Part shown: piece by piece, positions 40,526-53,275 of the stretch
Position numbering within the stretch: position 1 is the first letter of the stretch
Layout: each line of letters opens with the position of its first letter
Assembly (NCBI RefSeq): GCF_001194135.2
Contig: NC_068984.1
Span: 5,674,693 to 5,738,692 of the forward strand
Origin: Octopus bimaculoides
Lineage: Eukaryota
DNA: 64,000 bases
Reading direction: 5' to 3'
Notes under the pieces: model-generated
Database searches by the model: none
Told to the model about the DNA's origin: nothing
What the model saw: the letters and a program-made list of their open reading frames with translations, nothing else
Position numbers and translations under genes: made by a program

Positions 40526-41222
40526 AAGCGGTAATGAGCTGGCAGAATCGGTAGCACGCTGGACGAAATGCTAAGTGATATTTCGCCCGTCGCTCCGATC
40601 TGAGTTCAAATTCCACCGAGCGAGGTTGACTTTGTCTTTCACCCTTTGGAGATCGATAAATTAAGCACCAGTTGAGTACTGGGATCGATCTAATAGACTG
40701 GCCCCTTCCCCACAAATTTCAGATCTTGTGCTAATAGTAGAAAGGATTATTATTATTATTGTTGCCGTTGTTAAAGTGGTAAGCTGGCAGAATCGTTAGC
40801 ATGGCGAGCAAAATGCTTAGAACGTAGCGATGGGCGAATTACTGCTGAGTTCAAAATCCGCCGAGGTTGACTTAGCCATTCATCCTTTCGGAGTCGATAA
40901 ATCAATTACCGGTCGTCGATGTAATCAACTAGTCCCCCTCCTCCAAAATTCTAGGCCTTGTGCCTAGAGTAGAAAGGATTATTATTATTATTATTAAGAT
41001 GATGAGCTAGGAGAATCCTTTACTTAGTGGCATTTCGTCCGTCTTTACGTTCCGAGTCCAAATTCCGTTGAGGGGTCGACTTTGCCTTCCATCCTTTTCC
41101 GGTCAATAAGATAAGTGCCAGTTGTTTACTAGGAGTCGATGTAATCGGTTTAATCCCTCCGCTAAAATTGGTGGCCTTGTACCAAAATTTGAAGCCAGTA
41201 TTATTATTGTTATCATTATTAA
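40526..41222 (+). mobile_element. Three Nin/Deu-like SINEs head-to-tail, separated by (TTA)n tails
   Basis: Units at about 40526-40772, 40773-40995 and 40996-41222. Confidence 0.85.
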
Positions 41223-41311
41223 TCCTTATCTTTCACATTATAAAGTTATTGTAGGCTATATTAGTTAGGACGGATGTCATTAGTGTGTGAGTGTATATAT
41301 ATATGTATATA

Positions 41312-41498
41312 TTTTGTTTCAGTCATTGGACTGCAGTCATGCTTGAGCACCGCCTTCAGCCCAGCAAATCGACTCCAGGACTTATTCTTTGTAAGCGTAA
41401 CGGTCACTTTTGCCGAACCGCTAAGTTACGGGGACGTAAACACACCAACATCAGTTGTCAAGCAATGGTGGTGGGGGGACAAACAGACACACAAACAT

Positions 41499-41531
<33 letters not shown>

Positions 41532-41687
41532 GGACGGACTTCTTTCAGTTTCCGTCTATCATATTCACTCACAGAGGATTTGGTCGGCCTGAGGTTATAG
41601 TAGAAGACACTTGGCCAAGGTGCCACGCACTGGGACTGAACCCGGAACCATGTGGTTGGTAAGCAAGCTACTTACCACACAGCCACT
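41312..41687 (-). mobile_element. Family A SINE, full length
   Basis: Reverse complement match across head, CORE, microsatellite and tail. Confidence 0.9.
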
Positions 41688-42184
41688 AATATCATTTACT
41701 CCGAATACTACCGTGGGGACAATGATCTGCGTATACAGATTTAAGTTATATATCTTATACAGAATGTAAAAACACAGTGGACACTACATCGGACATAGCA
41801 ATAAATTGGAATTCTTGGAATGATTTACTGATATCGACATATTGATATTATATTATCTAGTCTATAATCAAACTGTCAGCCATTTCTCAATCTTAAGTAC
41901 GAAATATGAAAATCTAACTTTCACGAATTGCAAAATTGGTGTGCACTTTATGCTAAACTATCAACACCCACCGAAGTAGGATCAATTCCTGGCACCAAAC
42001 CGTTTACATCGCCAACCTCTTTGGATAAGGCATGAACGCTGCCACAATTGTTGTAAAACCTCCTAGAGAGAAGTGAACAGATCACAAGTAGATCGATGAC
42101 TACGGTCACGATAGATCATCTGATCACCTTCGATTAACTCAGGCGATGTCGTATAAATAATTGTATTCTCTACTTCTGTATGTT

Positions 42185-42472
42185 TTATCTTTTATTTATT
42201 TCCATCATTCAACTGCGGCCATACAGGGACACCGACTTGAAGGGATTTTAGTCGAAGAAAGTGCCCCCAGTACTTATTTGAGCCTGGTACTATCAGTCTT
42301 TTTTATCGAAATACTAGGCCACTGGAAGTAAACAAACCAACATCAGTTGCCAAGCAGTTGGAAGACACACACATTTAAGTACGTGCGCGCGTACGCACTC
42401 ACACGAGGCTATGTTATGAAACACTTGCCCAAGGGGTGGCTGGGAAGCAAAGTTCTTACCACACAACCATAA
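42185..42472 (-). mobile_element. Family A SINE, diverged with internal deletion
   Basis: Reverse tail ctgcggccatac; acacttgcccaag; ttcttaccacacaacc. Confidence 0.7.
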
Positions 42473-42984
42473 AGTACTATTACAGAAGTACATTTGAGGC
42501 AGATGGAGAGATTTTTGCCAAACGATTAAATACAAGTTGAACAAATATGATGCTACCAGCGTTCGAGTGTTTCATCTTTTCTCAAGAAATTTAGTTGAAA
42601 ACTTTATCTAAAACAAAATAGCCAAAGAAATTGCAAATAGATTATTCTCCTACAATTAAAGGGAGAAATAAGTCGCTTAAACATTAGAGGCGTCTGATGT
42701 TCTAGAAATTTTGTAACTTATTGCCTCACTAATTACAGTATTTGAGTGTTCAATCAATATAAAATCGCAAATGACAAATTAATGAGTGTTTGACAACGTC
42801 AAGAATATGGCAACAGCCTCATCAGCGAACTCAAACCCAAAATCAGTATGACTTCTTTTTAGATAAAGATTTATAAAGAGCAGATATCATTTCCGATGCA
42901 GAAGACGTATTACCTGACGTATACATAAATAGGTCAGTTGATAGTGGAACAAATAGCTAAAGAGGTAGAAAAGTTGATTACAAA

Positions 42985-44415
42985 AATTTGCAATGTACAC
43001 GGATATGTTGGGTTTTATTTCTTGCCTTTCTGAGTTCTTCGAGTGACTTTTTAGAAGAATCACTCTTGTATTGCATCAGAGCTGCGCACTTTGCTTCGAT
43101 AACTGGTTCGAACTCAGAGCCCAGCACTGAACCAATCTGGGTTTTGCCTTTCACTCATGCCGAAAGTATCTATTGATGTGGTATACAAAGCTTCCCGGAT
43201 ATAATTCCACCTACTTTCAGCAGAGGAGGATGAGCAGCTACTGAGGGCAACCTTGATAGAAACAGCAAAAAATTTTAGCAGTGTAGGGTCCGAGGTTCTG
43301 GTAGTGTTAATACGTGGTCTGCCAATTTTCTTGGAGTGATGGACTATTTTAGGCAGAATCCTCACCCTGCTTATTATTAGTGAATGATCTCTGTCACAAT
43401 CCACACTATGGTAACTACGGGTCAATTGGACAATTCAGAAAGGATCTTCGTGTGATGATGAGATCCGACTGATGCCAGTGGTGAGATATTGGATGTCTCC
43501 AAGATGCCTTGTGGGATGGTATGTTGGCAAAGAGTATGTTGATGATGCACAGGTTATGGTATGTGCAAAATCAAGCAGTCTCTGACCATTGTCATTCATG
43601 TTGCCAATGCCAAAATGTCCAACACAAATGGGCCGCGAGTCATGGTCAGATCCCACGCGAGCGTTAAAATCTCCTAGAAGGGTAGATGTTTCCGCTGGAT
43701 GGTATGCTTCTGGTGACAGTTGAGATCTTTGTAGAACTGGTCCTTGGTCTCCTCTGCGCTGTAGAGAGTAGGAGCATAGATGCTCAGTAGATGTACTGAG
43801 TCAAAAGAGCTCAAGACGCGCAGAGAGAGGGTACGCTCAGTGCCTCCTGATGGTGGTTCTATTGAGGAAAGTAATGAGTTTCTCACTGCAAAGCCAACAC
43901 TATGCTGACGAGGTTCCTCTGGGTCTCTTCCCTGCCAAAAGAAGGTCAAATCCTGTTCTTAGAGTTTGCTGTTTGAGGGGGTCCTGTCTCCTGCAGTTCA
44001 GCAATGTCTATGTTGATCCTCTTTAGTTCGCAATCAATAACGGCCGTCTTTCTTGTGTCTTCAACCCTGGTGGTTTCTGATCTTTTGATTGTTTGCCTGG
44101 TGCAGAGGTTGCAGGCCGTTTTTCAAGTCAAACTCTTAGCTTCAAACAGCCAATGAAGCAGGCGGCTTGTGGCGGGTCAGTACCTTATTAACCAGAGGCT
44201 GCCCAACTTGAGGTGGGCAGTAACTAACCAGTGGCACACAAGGGTCCCTCCCACCTTCAGAGGTAACCCGTAGCGCCCATATCCTACGCCAGTCAGAATG
44301 GACTTATCACTCGTGACTGCTACCTCCAAAGTTTTTCTGCCACTTTTTACAGCAGCACTGAAGTGTCCTCTCCAGTTTTGCACTAATAATACTAAGAATA
44401 GTGGTAACGGCACCG
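42985..44415 (-). mobile_element. RTE-clade (BovB-like) LINE: 5' UTR and AP endonuclease region, pseudogenised
   Basis: ORFs TFFWQGRDPEEPRQHSVGFAVRNSL...SIYAPTL...KDQFY, GHFGIGNMNDNGQRLL, CDRDHSLI and NPDWF. Confidence 0.9.
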
Positions 44416-44516
44416 TTATACAGGAAGAAAACTAGAGGACGATACGCTAAGTGGAACTCTAAATTAAACAGTAGCACTCGTGCATCTAACCCTACACACG
44501 AGATATATATATACGC

Positions 44517-44617
44517 GCAGGCGTGGCTGTATGGGGCATCATAAGAAGATTACTTCCCAGCCTCATGGTTCCGGGTTCAGTCCCACGGAAACTGAAAGAA
44601 TATGTGCGTGTGTGTGA

Positions 44618-44665
<48 letters not shown>

Positions 44666-44862
44666 ATTTTTGTGTGTTGTACCCCTATCACCGCTTGACA
44701 ACCGGTGTTGGAGGATTTAAGTCTCCGTAACTTAGCGATTCGGCTAAAAGTGTCCAATAGAATACGTACCAGGCTTCAAATCAATCCCGGGGTCGATTTG
44801 AATGACTAAAACCGTTCAAGGCGGTGCTCCTGTATGGCCTCAGTCAACTGACAGAAACAAAA
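44517..44862 (+). mobile_element. Family A SINE with deletion of the CORE segment
   Basis: Jumps from gggttcagtcccac directly to ggaaactgaaagaa. Confidence 0.8.
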
Positions 44863-46348
44863 GATACATACACGCTATATATATAATGTGTTTGTGTGTA
44901 TAAATGAGATAGGGAGCGAGTATGTTGTCTGCGTATGCATGTCAGTCGGATAGGCAAGCAGGCGGACAGATAGACAAGAGAATATGTGGATATAAATTGG
45001 AAGATAATTAATGAGAGATGCTAGAAAATACAATGGCACGACAAGGAAGAATAACTAATGGGTAATTTACCGAGAAAAGCAAGACTGTTAGCAACTGGAA
45101 GTCTCCCACCATTGATAAACTATTAATGAAATTACCGCAGAGAGGCTAGAATCAATACTTCACGTGTTACTGAAGGGAAAACGATATTTATTCGAAGAAA
45201 TAAAAATACCAGCTACCCACAAAATTATAAACACACAATTTGTTTATGACTAATAAATAGTAGCCAACATGGTTAACGTGAAAGAGTTTTGTCTGTTCTA
45301 TTGTATGTAATGGAGAGATAAGGGAGTATGATTAGTTCTACATATACAATGAGTAAAACATTTGCTCAATTATTGAGATAAATTTAATGGGAGTTTGGCA
45401 TGTAAGGACGACAACTCCAGAGATATTTCGGTACCGTTATATCTCCTCAGACAAGTATAATCTTCACAGTGATCGCCAAGCTTGTGACGAAATTCGGACA
45501 AAAAGAAAAAAACCGTTTAGTTACTGCGATCATAGAGTAATTATAAAAAATTGCAAATAATATTGTAGCCGTCATAGGAAGAATTTACAGACTTCGACAG
45601 ACGCAAAGTACTTGAACGCTGTAAATAGCAGCATGTAAATATTGAGTTAAAGGAAACCTTTCGTATACAAAATGTTAACAAGGCCTCCTACACAACACAG
45701 CTTGTGCACACATTAGAATATATCATAATGGTGTGGATTATTATTTTAGTATGATCTTAGAACTGACAGAACACATCTCTAGATATATTTCACGAGTTAT
45801 TAATCGCATCAGAAAAGTACAGAAGCTTAATATTTAACCACAAAAATCTTCCCTAATGTGTACGTGTTACCAGAAAAATCTTCTCTGGAGATTACATGTC
45901 CTCTTATAGTGGTCTCTCTTTATTTTTAATTCTACTAATGCATACATTCCAACAAACTGCTAGTAGTTATAAATATGCTATGGACAAGACAATAAATCAT
46001 CTCCTCTAAATAATTTAAACGTCTCTGTAAAAGATAACCAGTTGGGAACCTACTAAAAGCTGTTTGGTAGATTCAGTAACGATATAAAAATATAAGAGAT
46101 GGAAAAAGAAGGAAATGACTTAACACGTAGGAAATGAAGATTGATTTAGGCGGTAAAATTAGGAAAAAAAATAGCATCACCCATACATGTATTTGATAGT
46201 GGACAAAGCACATAAGATACATGTCCATACTAAAGAGATAATTTTAAAAAAGTGTATTATAGAGGCGTCCAACAAAAAGCTGAAATAAAAAAAAGAACAA
46301 AATAATGTAAAAAGTAAGATTGTAATTATTACAATTTATTTTTTTATT

Positions 46349-46520
46349 TCAAATTTTGGCACAAGGCCAGCAATTTCGGGAGAGGGCCAAATCAATCAGA
46401 TTCATCCCACGGCTCAACTGGTGCTTATTTTAAAGACCCCGAAAGAATGAAAGACAAATTCAACGCCGTCAGCATTTGGACACAGAATGTAAAATCGAAA
46501 TAAATGCCGCTAAACATGTA
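46349..46520 (-). mobile_element. Nin/Deu-like SINE
   Basis: ctggtgcttattttaaagaccccgaaagaatgaaagacaaattc, the reverse of the domain. Confidence 0.7.
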
Positions 46521-47865
46521 CTTAATTAGTTCCCACATTAAGTTTTAGTGTTGTGAAATGGAGATTAAGTAAACAGGAGAACCTCTGTTGGAAATTATGA
46601 GGATTGACCCGTGTCTCAATAATTCTTACTGTGCACACAGAGCAGCGATAATCTAAATCGTAACAAATCTAGTCATTCTTAATATGTTCTGGCAGGTTCA
46701 AATATGAACGTCCAATCACTTTTGTTTTTCATCGATTTACCGGTGTTAGGGAACTTTGAGACACCGTGGTGTTTTGATCTCCATGTCTGTCTCCTGAGTC
46801 AAAGCTAAACCACCAAACCGATGAATTTCTTGAGACCACGTTCTTTGCTTGTTGGAATCAACAAAACAAATTGTTTATTGATATCTGCCGAACTGGGAAA
46901 AAGAAAAAAAATTATGCGGTGCATGCAGAATATGAAGTATCCAAACGGTAACATATCTACTCATTCTTAATGTTCTGGCAGGTTCAAACGTGAACATGCT
47001 AATCGCTGTTGTTTTCAGTCATCGGAAAGCACCTAAATTCTCAAATTGATTCAGATATGAAATCCTAAAACACATTTAACTAAGGTTGGTGACAAAGAGA
47101 TAACTTTACTAACGGAGATAGATTAGTTTAATATGAAACGGAAAAGCAAAATAGACACGTCGTTATGTATGACAATAAAAATGATTGAAAAGAATGTTGA
47201 AAAAGGAATATTGCTAAAAAAAAATTATATTTGCAAGATGACACACACTGACAATACTCAAAGCCGAAATAACTTTAAAATATATTTATTATACATATAT
47301 ACCAGTAATTACTTGTGCGCTGGGTAGAATAAAACAAAAATGTGACCCCTTCCATTTCCTTACCAATTATTACACATTGCAGGAAAATCAAATCAGTTAA
47401 TTCGAGCCTAGTACAAGAACAGTTTTTATTTTATTGACGCTAGAATGATACAAGATAACGATGAAGATGATCTCACTGGACTTAAAAGTCTTTATATTTC
47501 AAATATTAAACAAAATATATTTAATCCAGGGCTGAACTGCTTTTTGTCGTCTGCCTAGTCATCAACTACCCACCGTCTCCGATTATAACCATTTTTAGAT
47601 TTTCCTTACAAAAGAAGGGGGTCGGGAGGGAGAAGTCGATCCGAAACCAGACAACTCTGCGGAATATTTCCTACGGACGGATTTTCCTTTAAGTTATCGA
47701 GGAAACAGGTGATGGATGAAAGTACTTTTGTTTACTCCCAGATAAACGCCAGCATATTGATGAACAAAGGTTATCCGGGCATGACAATCCAGTCCCTTCT
47801 ATATAGCAGGGGCTATGTCCTCCATTATATTCTGATTTATGTAAGTAGGTGCAGTCATCGCTGTC

Positions 47866-48225
47866 TGGTTAAGAAGTTTATCTGATAACCACGTGGTTTC
47901 GGGTTCAGTTCCTCTGCGTAGCATATTGAGCAAGTGTCTTTTACAGTAGCCACGGGACGATCAATGCTTTGTGGTAAAGAGGAAACTGCGTGAAAGCCCG
48001 GTGTGTGTGTGCGAGCACGCGTGTGCCTTCGTTTCTGCGTTTTTTCCTCCTCTTAATATCCAATATTTTTCTCCGTTCCTGTAACATAGTGGTTCGGCAA
48101 AACACCAGATAGAATTAGTACCAGAGTTTAAAAATAAGTAATGGAGTGTATTTGTTTGACGATACCCCTTCTTCAATGTGGTGCTCCAGCATGGCTGCAC
48201 TCCAGTCACTGAAATAAGTGAAGGA
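47866..48225 (+). mobile_element. Family A SINE, diverged
   Basis: Head gcagtcatcgctgtctggttaag; tail gtggtgctccagcatggctgc. Confidence 0.8.
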
Positions 48226-49040
48226 ATTTATGTCAGTCGTCAGGGTGTGATTGTCAGGAAATTTAGCTGCTGTTTCTTCCGATTTAAATCACAACGTAGA
48301 GGTTCCTTTCTGGAGTGAAGTTAAGCATGGCCGTGGATATTCCTATCAACGACATATTCTTTATCTTCTAGTTGCTTGTGGAAACTAGGATCGTATTCAT
48401 CGATCTGGATTTGGTTGGCTGGTTGTTTATTTTTATTTTCAAGCATGCAATTACCAAAGCTTTGGAAGATTTCTGCTGCGTAGAGCAAATCCGTCCAGTG
48501 TGTGGGCGTTCTCAGACAGTATATTATAAAGAATTGCAACCAAACAAGAATTACCAATCCTTCAGGCAAGTCTTCTAATATTTGTGTCATCAATCGATCA
48601 ATCACCGAGTTTCTCTTTTTTTTTTTATTTTCTTCGGAAATAAGACGGTTCTCCTGAAACATCAACTCGAAATACAAATCAATAATTGACAAAATATCGA
48701 TGTATTGTGGCCAAATAAACCTGTGCACACATTGACACATCTACATAGGTGTCTCCGTTTGCTTACTCAAATGCTAAATATATAAATATATATATATATA
48801 TAGACGCTGACACACTCGTGCAGGTGCGTGTATAAATAAAGTGTGCATATATGTGTGAGGATGTCTGTGTGTTTATACATCTATGCACTAATTAGATATT
48901 ATCACCTTTCCTATTGTACTCCGTCTTGAAAATTCATATACACACGCACGCTTGTGCAGATCATATTTTCATAAAATATATTTTCTTTCTTTTGTCCATG
49001 ATAAATTTCTCATGAATTTTTCTTTTTGTCTATATACATA

Positions 49041-49432
49041 GGTGCAGGAGTGGCTGTGTGGTAAGTAGCTTGCTTACCAACCACATGGTTCCGGGTTCAA
49101 TCCCACTGCGTGGCACCTTGGGCAAGTGTCTTCTACTGTAGCCTCGGGCCGACCAAAGCCTTGTGAGTGGATTTGGTAGACGGAAACTGAAAGAAGCCCA
49201 TCGCATATATGTATATGTATATATATGTGTTTTTGTGTGTCTGTGTTTGTCACCCCCAACATCGCTTGACAACCGATACTGGTGTGTTTACGTCCCCGTA
49301 ACTTAATGGTTCGGCAAAAGGAGACCGATAGAATAAGTACTAGGCTTCCAAAGAATAAGTCCTGGGGTCGATTTGCTCGACTAAAAGGCGGTGCTCCAGC
49401 ATGGCCACAGTCAAATGACTGAAACAAGTTAA
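49041..49432 (+). mobile_element. Family A SINE, best-preserved copy (tRNA head + CORE + microsatellite + 3' half; OR2-like by my recollection)
   Basis: gcaggagtggctgtgtggtaag, gggttcaatccc, gcaccttgggcaagtgtc (CORE motif as in MIR), tail cagtcaaatgactgaaac. Confidence 0.9.
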
Positions 49433-50982
49433 ACAGTATACGTAAATACGTGTGTGTGTGTGTGTGTGTATAGAGAACTAACAGTACTTAATATAAACAG
49501 ATTATATGTATATATATCGAATTCTTGAGGCATATACACTGATGGTGATCCAGCATGGCCACAGTCTTTGGGCTGAAGTGCATAAAAGAATATGTATGCG
49601 GCTCATGCCTCAAGAATTCGATCGAAGTCCATGCCACTTATTTAGAGGAAGAAATCTAAATATGTGATAATAATGAAAAGGAATCGAGTAAAGATTTATT
49701 TGTAAATGTTATCAACAAAATAACAAAATCTAAATGCCTAAGTTATGAAATTAACAGTAAAAAATTGCAGCTTGGCCTTTCGCATTTAATAATTCCATTT
49801 AAAGATGGTTTATCTGTTGGTATTGGCATCTTTTTTAAAATCTCAACTGACAGGTCTGTTTGCTTATTATTGCTGTTGGTGTCTTCCTTTCAATGTAAGA
49901 TTCTGATATTTAATCAAGTTTCCGTCAGTAGAAGCGACACTAACGGCAATCCATGACTTAAAGCCGACTTATGTCAAGGCTAAAATAAACGAACATATGA
50001 TGCCCACTGCTGTACCGGACGCCTCTGAGGTGTTAGTCATATTAAAACCAATAGGCTTGTAGCAGTCTTTTCTCAGTCACCAAATTCTGGCGAGTAAAAT
50101 CATTTTGCCGTAGAAAACGTAGATTATGTGTCAAGGAGAGGTTGACAGGAAATTGGCGCCATTTCCCTATAAGAATGCGATTTACTTGAGCAACTGATCA
50201 AAAATACGTGATTTATACGTTTAATATAAAAATTAAAGTGAAACTCAAAATATCACGTTATTGATTAAAACTCGTGCCGTTTCGTTACGAAATCGTGTCT
50301 CGTTTTATACCGCTTAATACAAACGCAGATGGTACTATAACCTGATGCTTGTAGTGTTACATCGCAGACTAACTTCTCCGAATCCCTCACATACACCTGT
50401 CTCACGTGAGTTGTAACTGACTTGTTTTATTCGGATACTAAATCTTCTGTATTAGCTATTAAACTCTTTGTTTATGGATGTCACATGCGTCAGAAGTTAA
50501 ACCCATTATACTATCTTCCAGAACCACACCAAAACATCAGAGCTAAACGTCCCTGTGGCCACACAAAAGCTGATTCTAAGAGTTAGTTACCTTCCTTATA
50601 TATATTCCATTGACTGCCAGTCTAGTTGAATGTTCGACCACGGGTGACGCTGTATGTACCGTGTATTTGTATACATCATTTACTCTGCGCTTGTTAGTGA
50701 CGATACTAAAATTATGCGTGACTCAGCTTATTTCGTTCAAAGTTCCCCTTAGCTATGGCTACTACACTAAATGATACTATCAAGCGTAATCACAGATCCA
50801 TTTTTCTTTTAAGTTTCGAACAGTTCACAGTACTTTAGACGCATGGCAGGTTCATAATTAGTAGGTTAGGGGTGTGTTGGTAACTTACTATTGCGTGACC
50901 TTGTGGTCCGGCAAAACAGTTAATCCGTCAAGGCTTTGCAACCAACTATACCGGAGGGTCTTGTACAAGTGTATCCAATGTT

Positions 50983-51395
50983 GGTGCAGGCATGGCTGTG
51001 TGGTAAGAAGTTTGCTTCCCAACCACATATTTCAAGCTAAATTCGACTGCGTGGCACCTTCTACTATAACCCCGGGCCGACCAAAGCCTTGTCAGTGGAT
51101 TTCGCAGCCGGAAACTGAAAGAAGTCCTTTATGTGTATCTCTGCGAATATTTTTGTCCACCTCCATCAGTGCACTCCTAAACTTTTAAAGTCTTTGAAAT
51201 ATGTTTTAACGTTGACAACCAGTGTTGGTAGGTTTACGTTCCCGTAACCAAGTCGTTCGGCAAAAGAGGCCGATGGAATAAATACCAGGCTTAAAACACA
51301 AAAATTACACAGAATCGATTCGTTCGACTAAAAATTCTTCAAGGTGGTGCTGCTGCATGACTGCAGTCTAATGATAGAAACAAATAAAAGATAAC
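50983..51395 (+). mobile_element. Family A SINE containing a foreign insert of about 43 bp
   Basis: Head, CORE and tail present; insert at 51171-51213. Confidence 0.8.
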
Positions 51396-51676
51396 AGTTA
51401 GTCCTGAAGTTTGCAACTTTTAAAGTTTTCAGTTAAATTCATAAATTACATTGGTCTTCGTTTGTTCCTTTGTTGACATGTTTGTGTTATGTTGCTGATA
51501 AAAAGGTTTTGGTGTATTCCTAATATATTATAGGGTTTTGATTAACAGTTCGTTAACTTTTCCTACATTTGATTCGAATGTATTTTATCGAATGTATTTT
51601 CTCATATACTCGTATTTTCGACTGTTTTCTGCTATAACTCAGTCTACTCGACTGTTGGAATAAAGCAATCAATAGA

Positions 51677-52005
51677 CGCAGGCGCGCTTGTATGATACAT
51701 GGTTCAGGGTTCACTACATCGCATCTGACCAAGTGTCTTCTAGTATAGCCTCGGTCCGACCAAAGCCCCGTGAATGGCTTTGGTAGTCGGAAAATGAAAG
51801 AAGCCCGTCGTACATATCCGTGCGTCTTTGTGTCTCTGTGTTTATACCCCCATTATCACTTGACAAGTGGTGCTGGTACGTTTACGACCCCGTAACTTAG
51901 CGGTTTTAGCTAAGTACAGGGGTCGATTCGTTTGCCTAAAAATTCTTCAAAGCGATGACCCAGAATGGCTGCAGTCTAATAACTGAGACAAGTGAAAGAA
52001 TAAAA
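51677..52005 (+). mobile_element. Family A SINE
   Basis: tagcctcggtccgaccaaagcc...gaaagaagcccgtcg...ccccgtaacttagcgg. Confidence 0.8.
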
Positions 52006-52411
52006 AATAGACCTCGATTAAGGACGAATTTCTTTTTTTCTTGATGTACCGATTGCGATTGTGGACGAGAATAGAAACGTCTTTCTGAGAAGTGATTTTA
52101 CCACCGTCATCTTATTGTGTGAGCAGTCACAGTCCGCATGTAGGTGTAAGCATTTGATTGTCTGGTATATATTGATGCGGTGTACCTGTTATATAAAACC
52201 TAAGTACACATCATTTGTAGTTATACAAAGAATTATTTTATTAAGCAAAACAAATTAGTGAGGATGCTCAGCACAAATGGAAAAATCTAAAGCTTGCAGC
52301 TGTTAATTAGTAGAAGCGGGAAAACAATCAGCAAAGAACTTGCAAAATTGAGTAAAATGGACGGTAGATATTTCATTCCTATTCCATTAAATGTGGTTTC
52401 TCTTTCTCTCT

Positions 52412-52451
<40 letters not shown>

Positions 52452-53189
52452 TGCAGCTAATTGGTAGCTCCAAGCTTGGTACTTTTTCATTGTTATTGGG
52501 CACTCACTCTAATATATCTGCATATTAAAATAACTCTTGTTAAAACGTTCTCTAACATACATTTTCATTCCCTTTTACGGGCTGTTCCTTAATCTGTATT
52601 AGTTTGTTTTCAACTATATGCATTTGTATTAATACTATAAAAGTATATCTAAGAATATACAAGTTAATTTCTTTGTTTATCAAAACAATTTTCGCGCTTT
52701 ATATTAATTGCGATCAACTGTAAATGAGAAGAGGAGATAACATGGGGAACAAAGAAATTTCTTTGAAACTGAAATGCCATGAAGGAAAACCCGCTGATTG
52801 ACTGGAAAGAGGAACTGTGGACACACCGTTTTGTCTTCAGCGGCCGTCATCTTTCTTCAGATGAACAAAATTTCAATAAATCAAGAGAATGTATTGTTTT
52901 ATGTTGTTTAATACACATCTCGATGTCTTTACTAGACATAGTCATGCCATATGCCACAGAAGTAGCATCTCTTATTCGGTCTCATTCATGTATAGGCGGG
53001 AGTGTGTGGACTAGAGAGAGAAGGAGGAGTAGTGATGGAGAAAGAAGGAGACTTGAGCGACATTGAGAGAGAGAGTTAGATAAAGAAAGGGTGGGGAAAG
53101 AAAAGGGAGAGAGGGTAGATGAGAGAGGTGAAGCGTACATTTGTGAACTCGTTTGAGTTCGAGTACGGTCTTGTTGCATGTCTAGTGTG

Positions 53190-53275
53190 TTATGCTGTGT
53201 TGTGAGTGTTGTTGGATGTGTTGCTGGATGTGTTGCGTTGTGAGTGTTGTTGGATGTGTTGCGTTGTGAGGGTCG
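53190..53275. repeat. TG-rich minisatellite (ttgtgagtgttgttggatgtgttgc)
   Basis: Two to three near-identical units inside a GA- then GT-rich low-complexity tract (53000-53500). Confidence 0.7.

Noticed and set aside
42809-42825. Minus-strand CUGAUGA-GGC(UGUU)GCC, resembling half a hammerhead
   Set aside because: No GAAA after stem II; more likely an RT FADE-coding remnant.
45420-45455. Minus-strand CUGAGGA...CCGAAAUAUC
   Set aside because: Stem I does not pair and stem II has a mismatch next to the closing pair.
47605-47660. Hairpin followed by CGAAAC
   Set aside because: No CUGANGA core and no GUH triplet.
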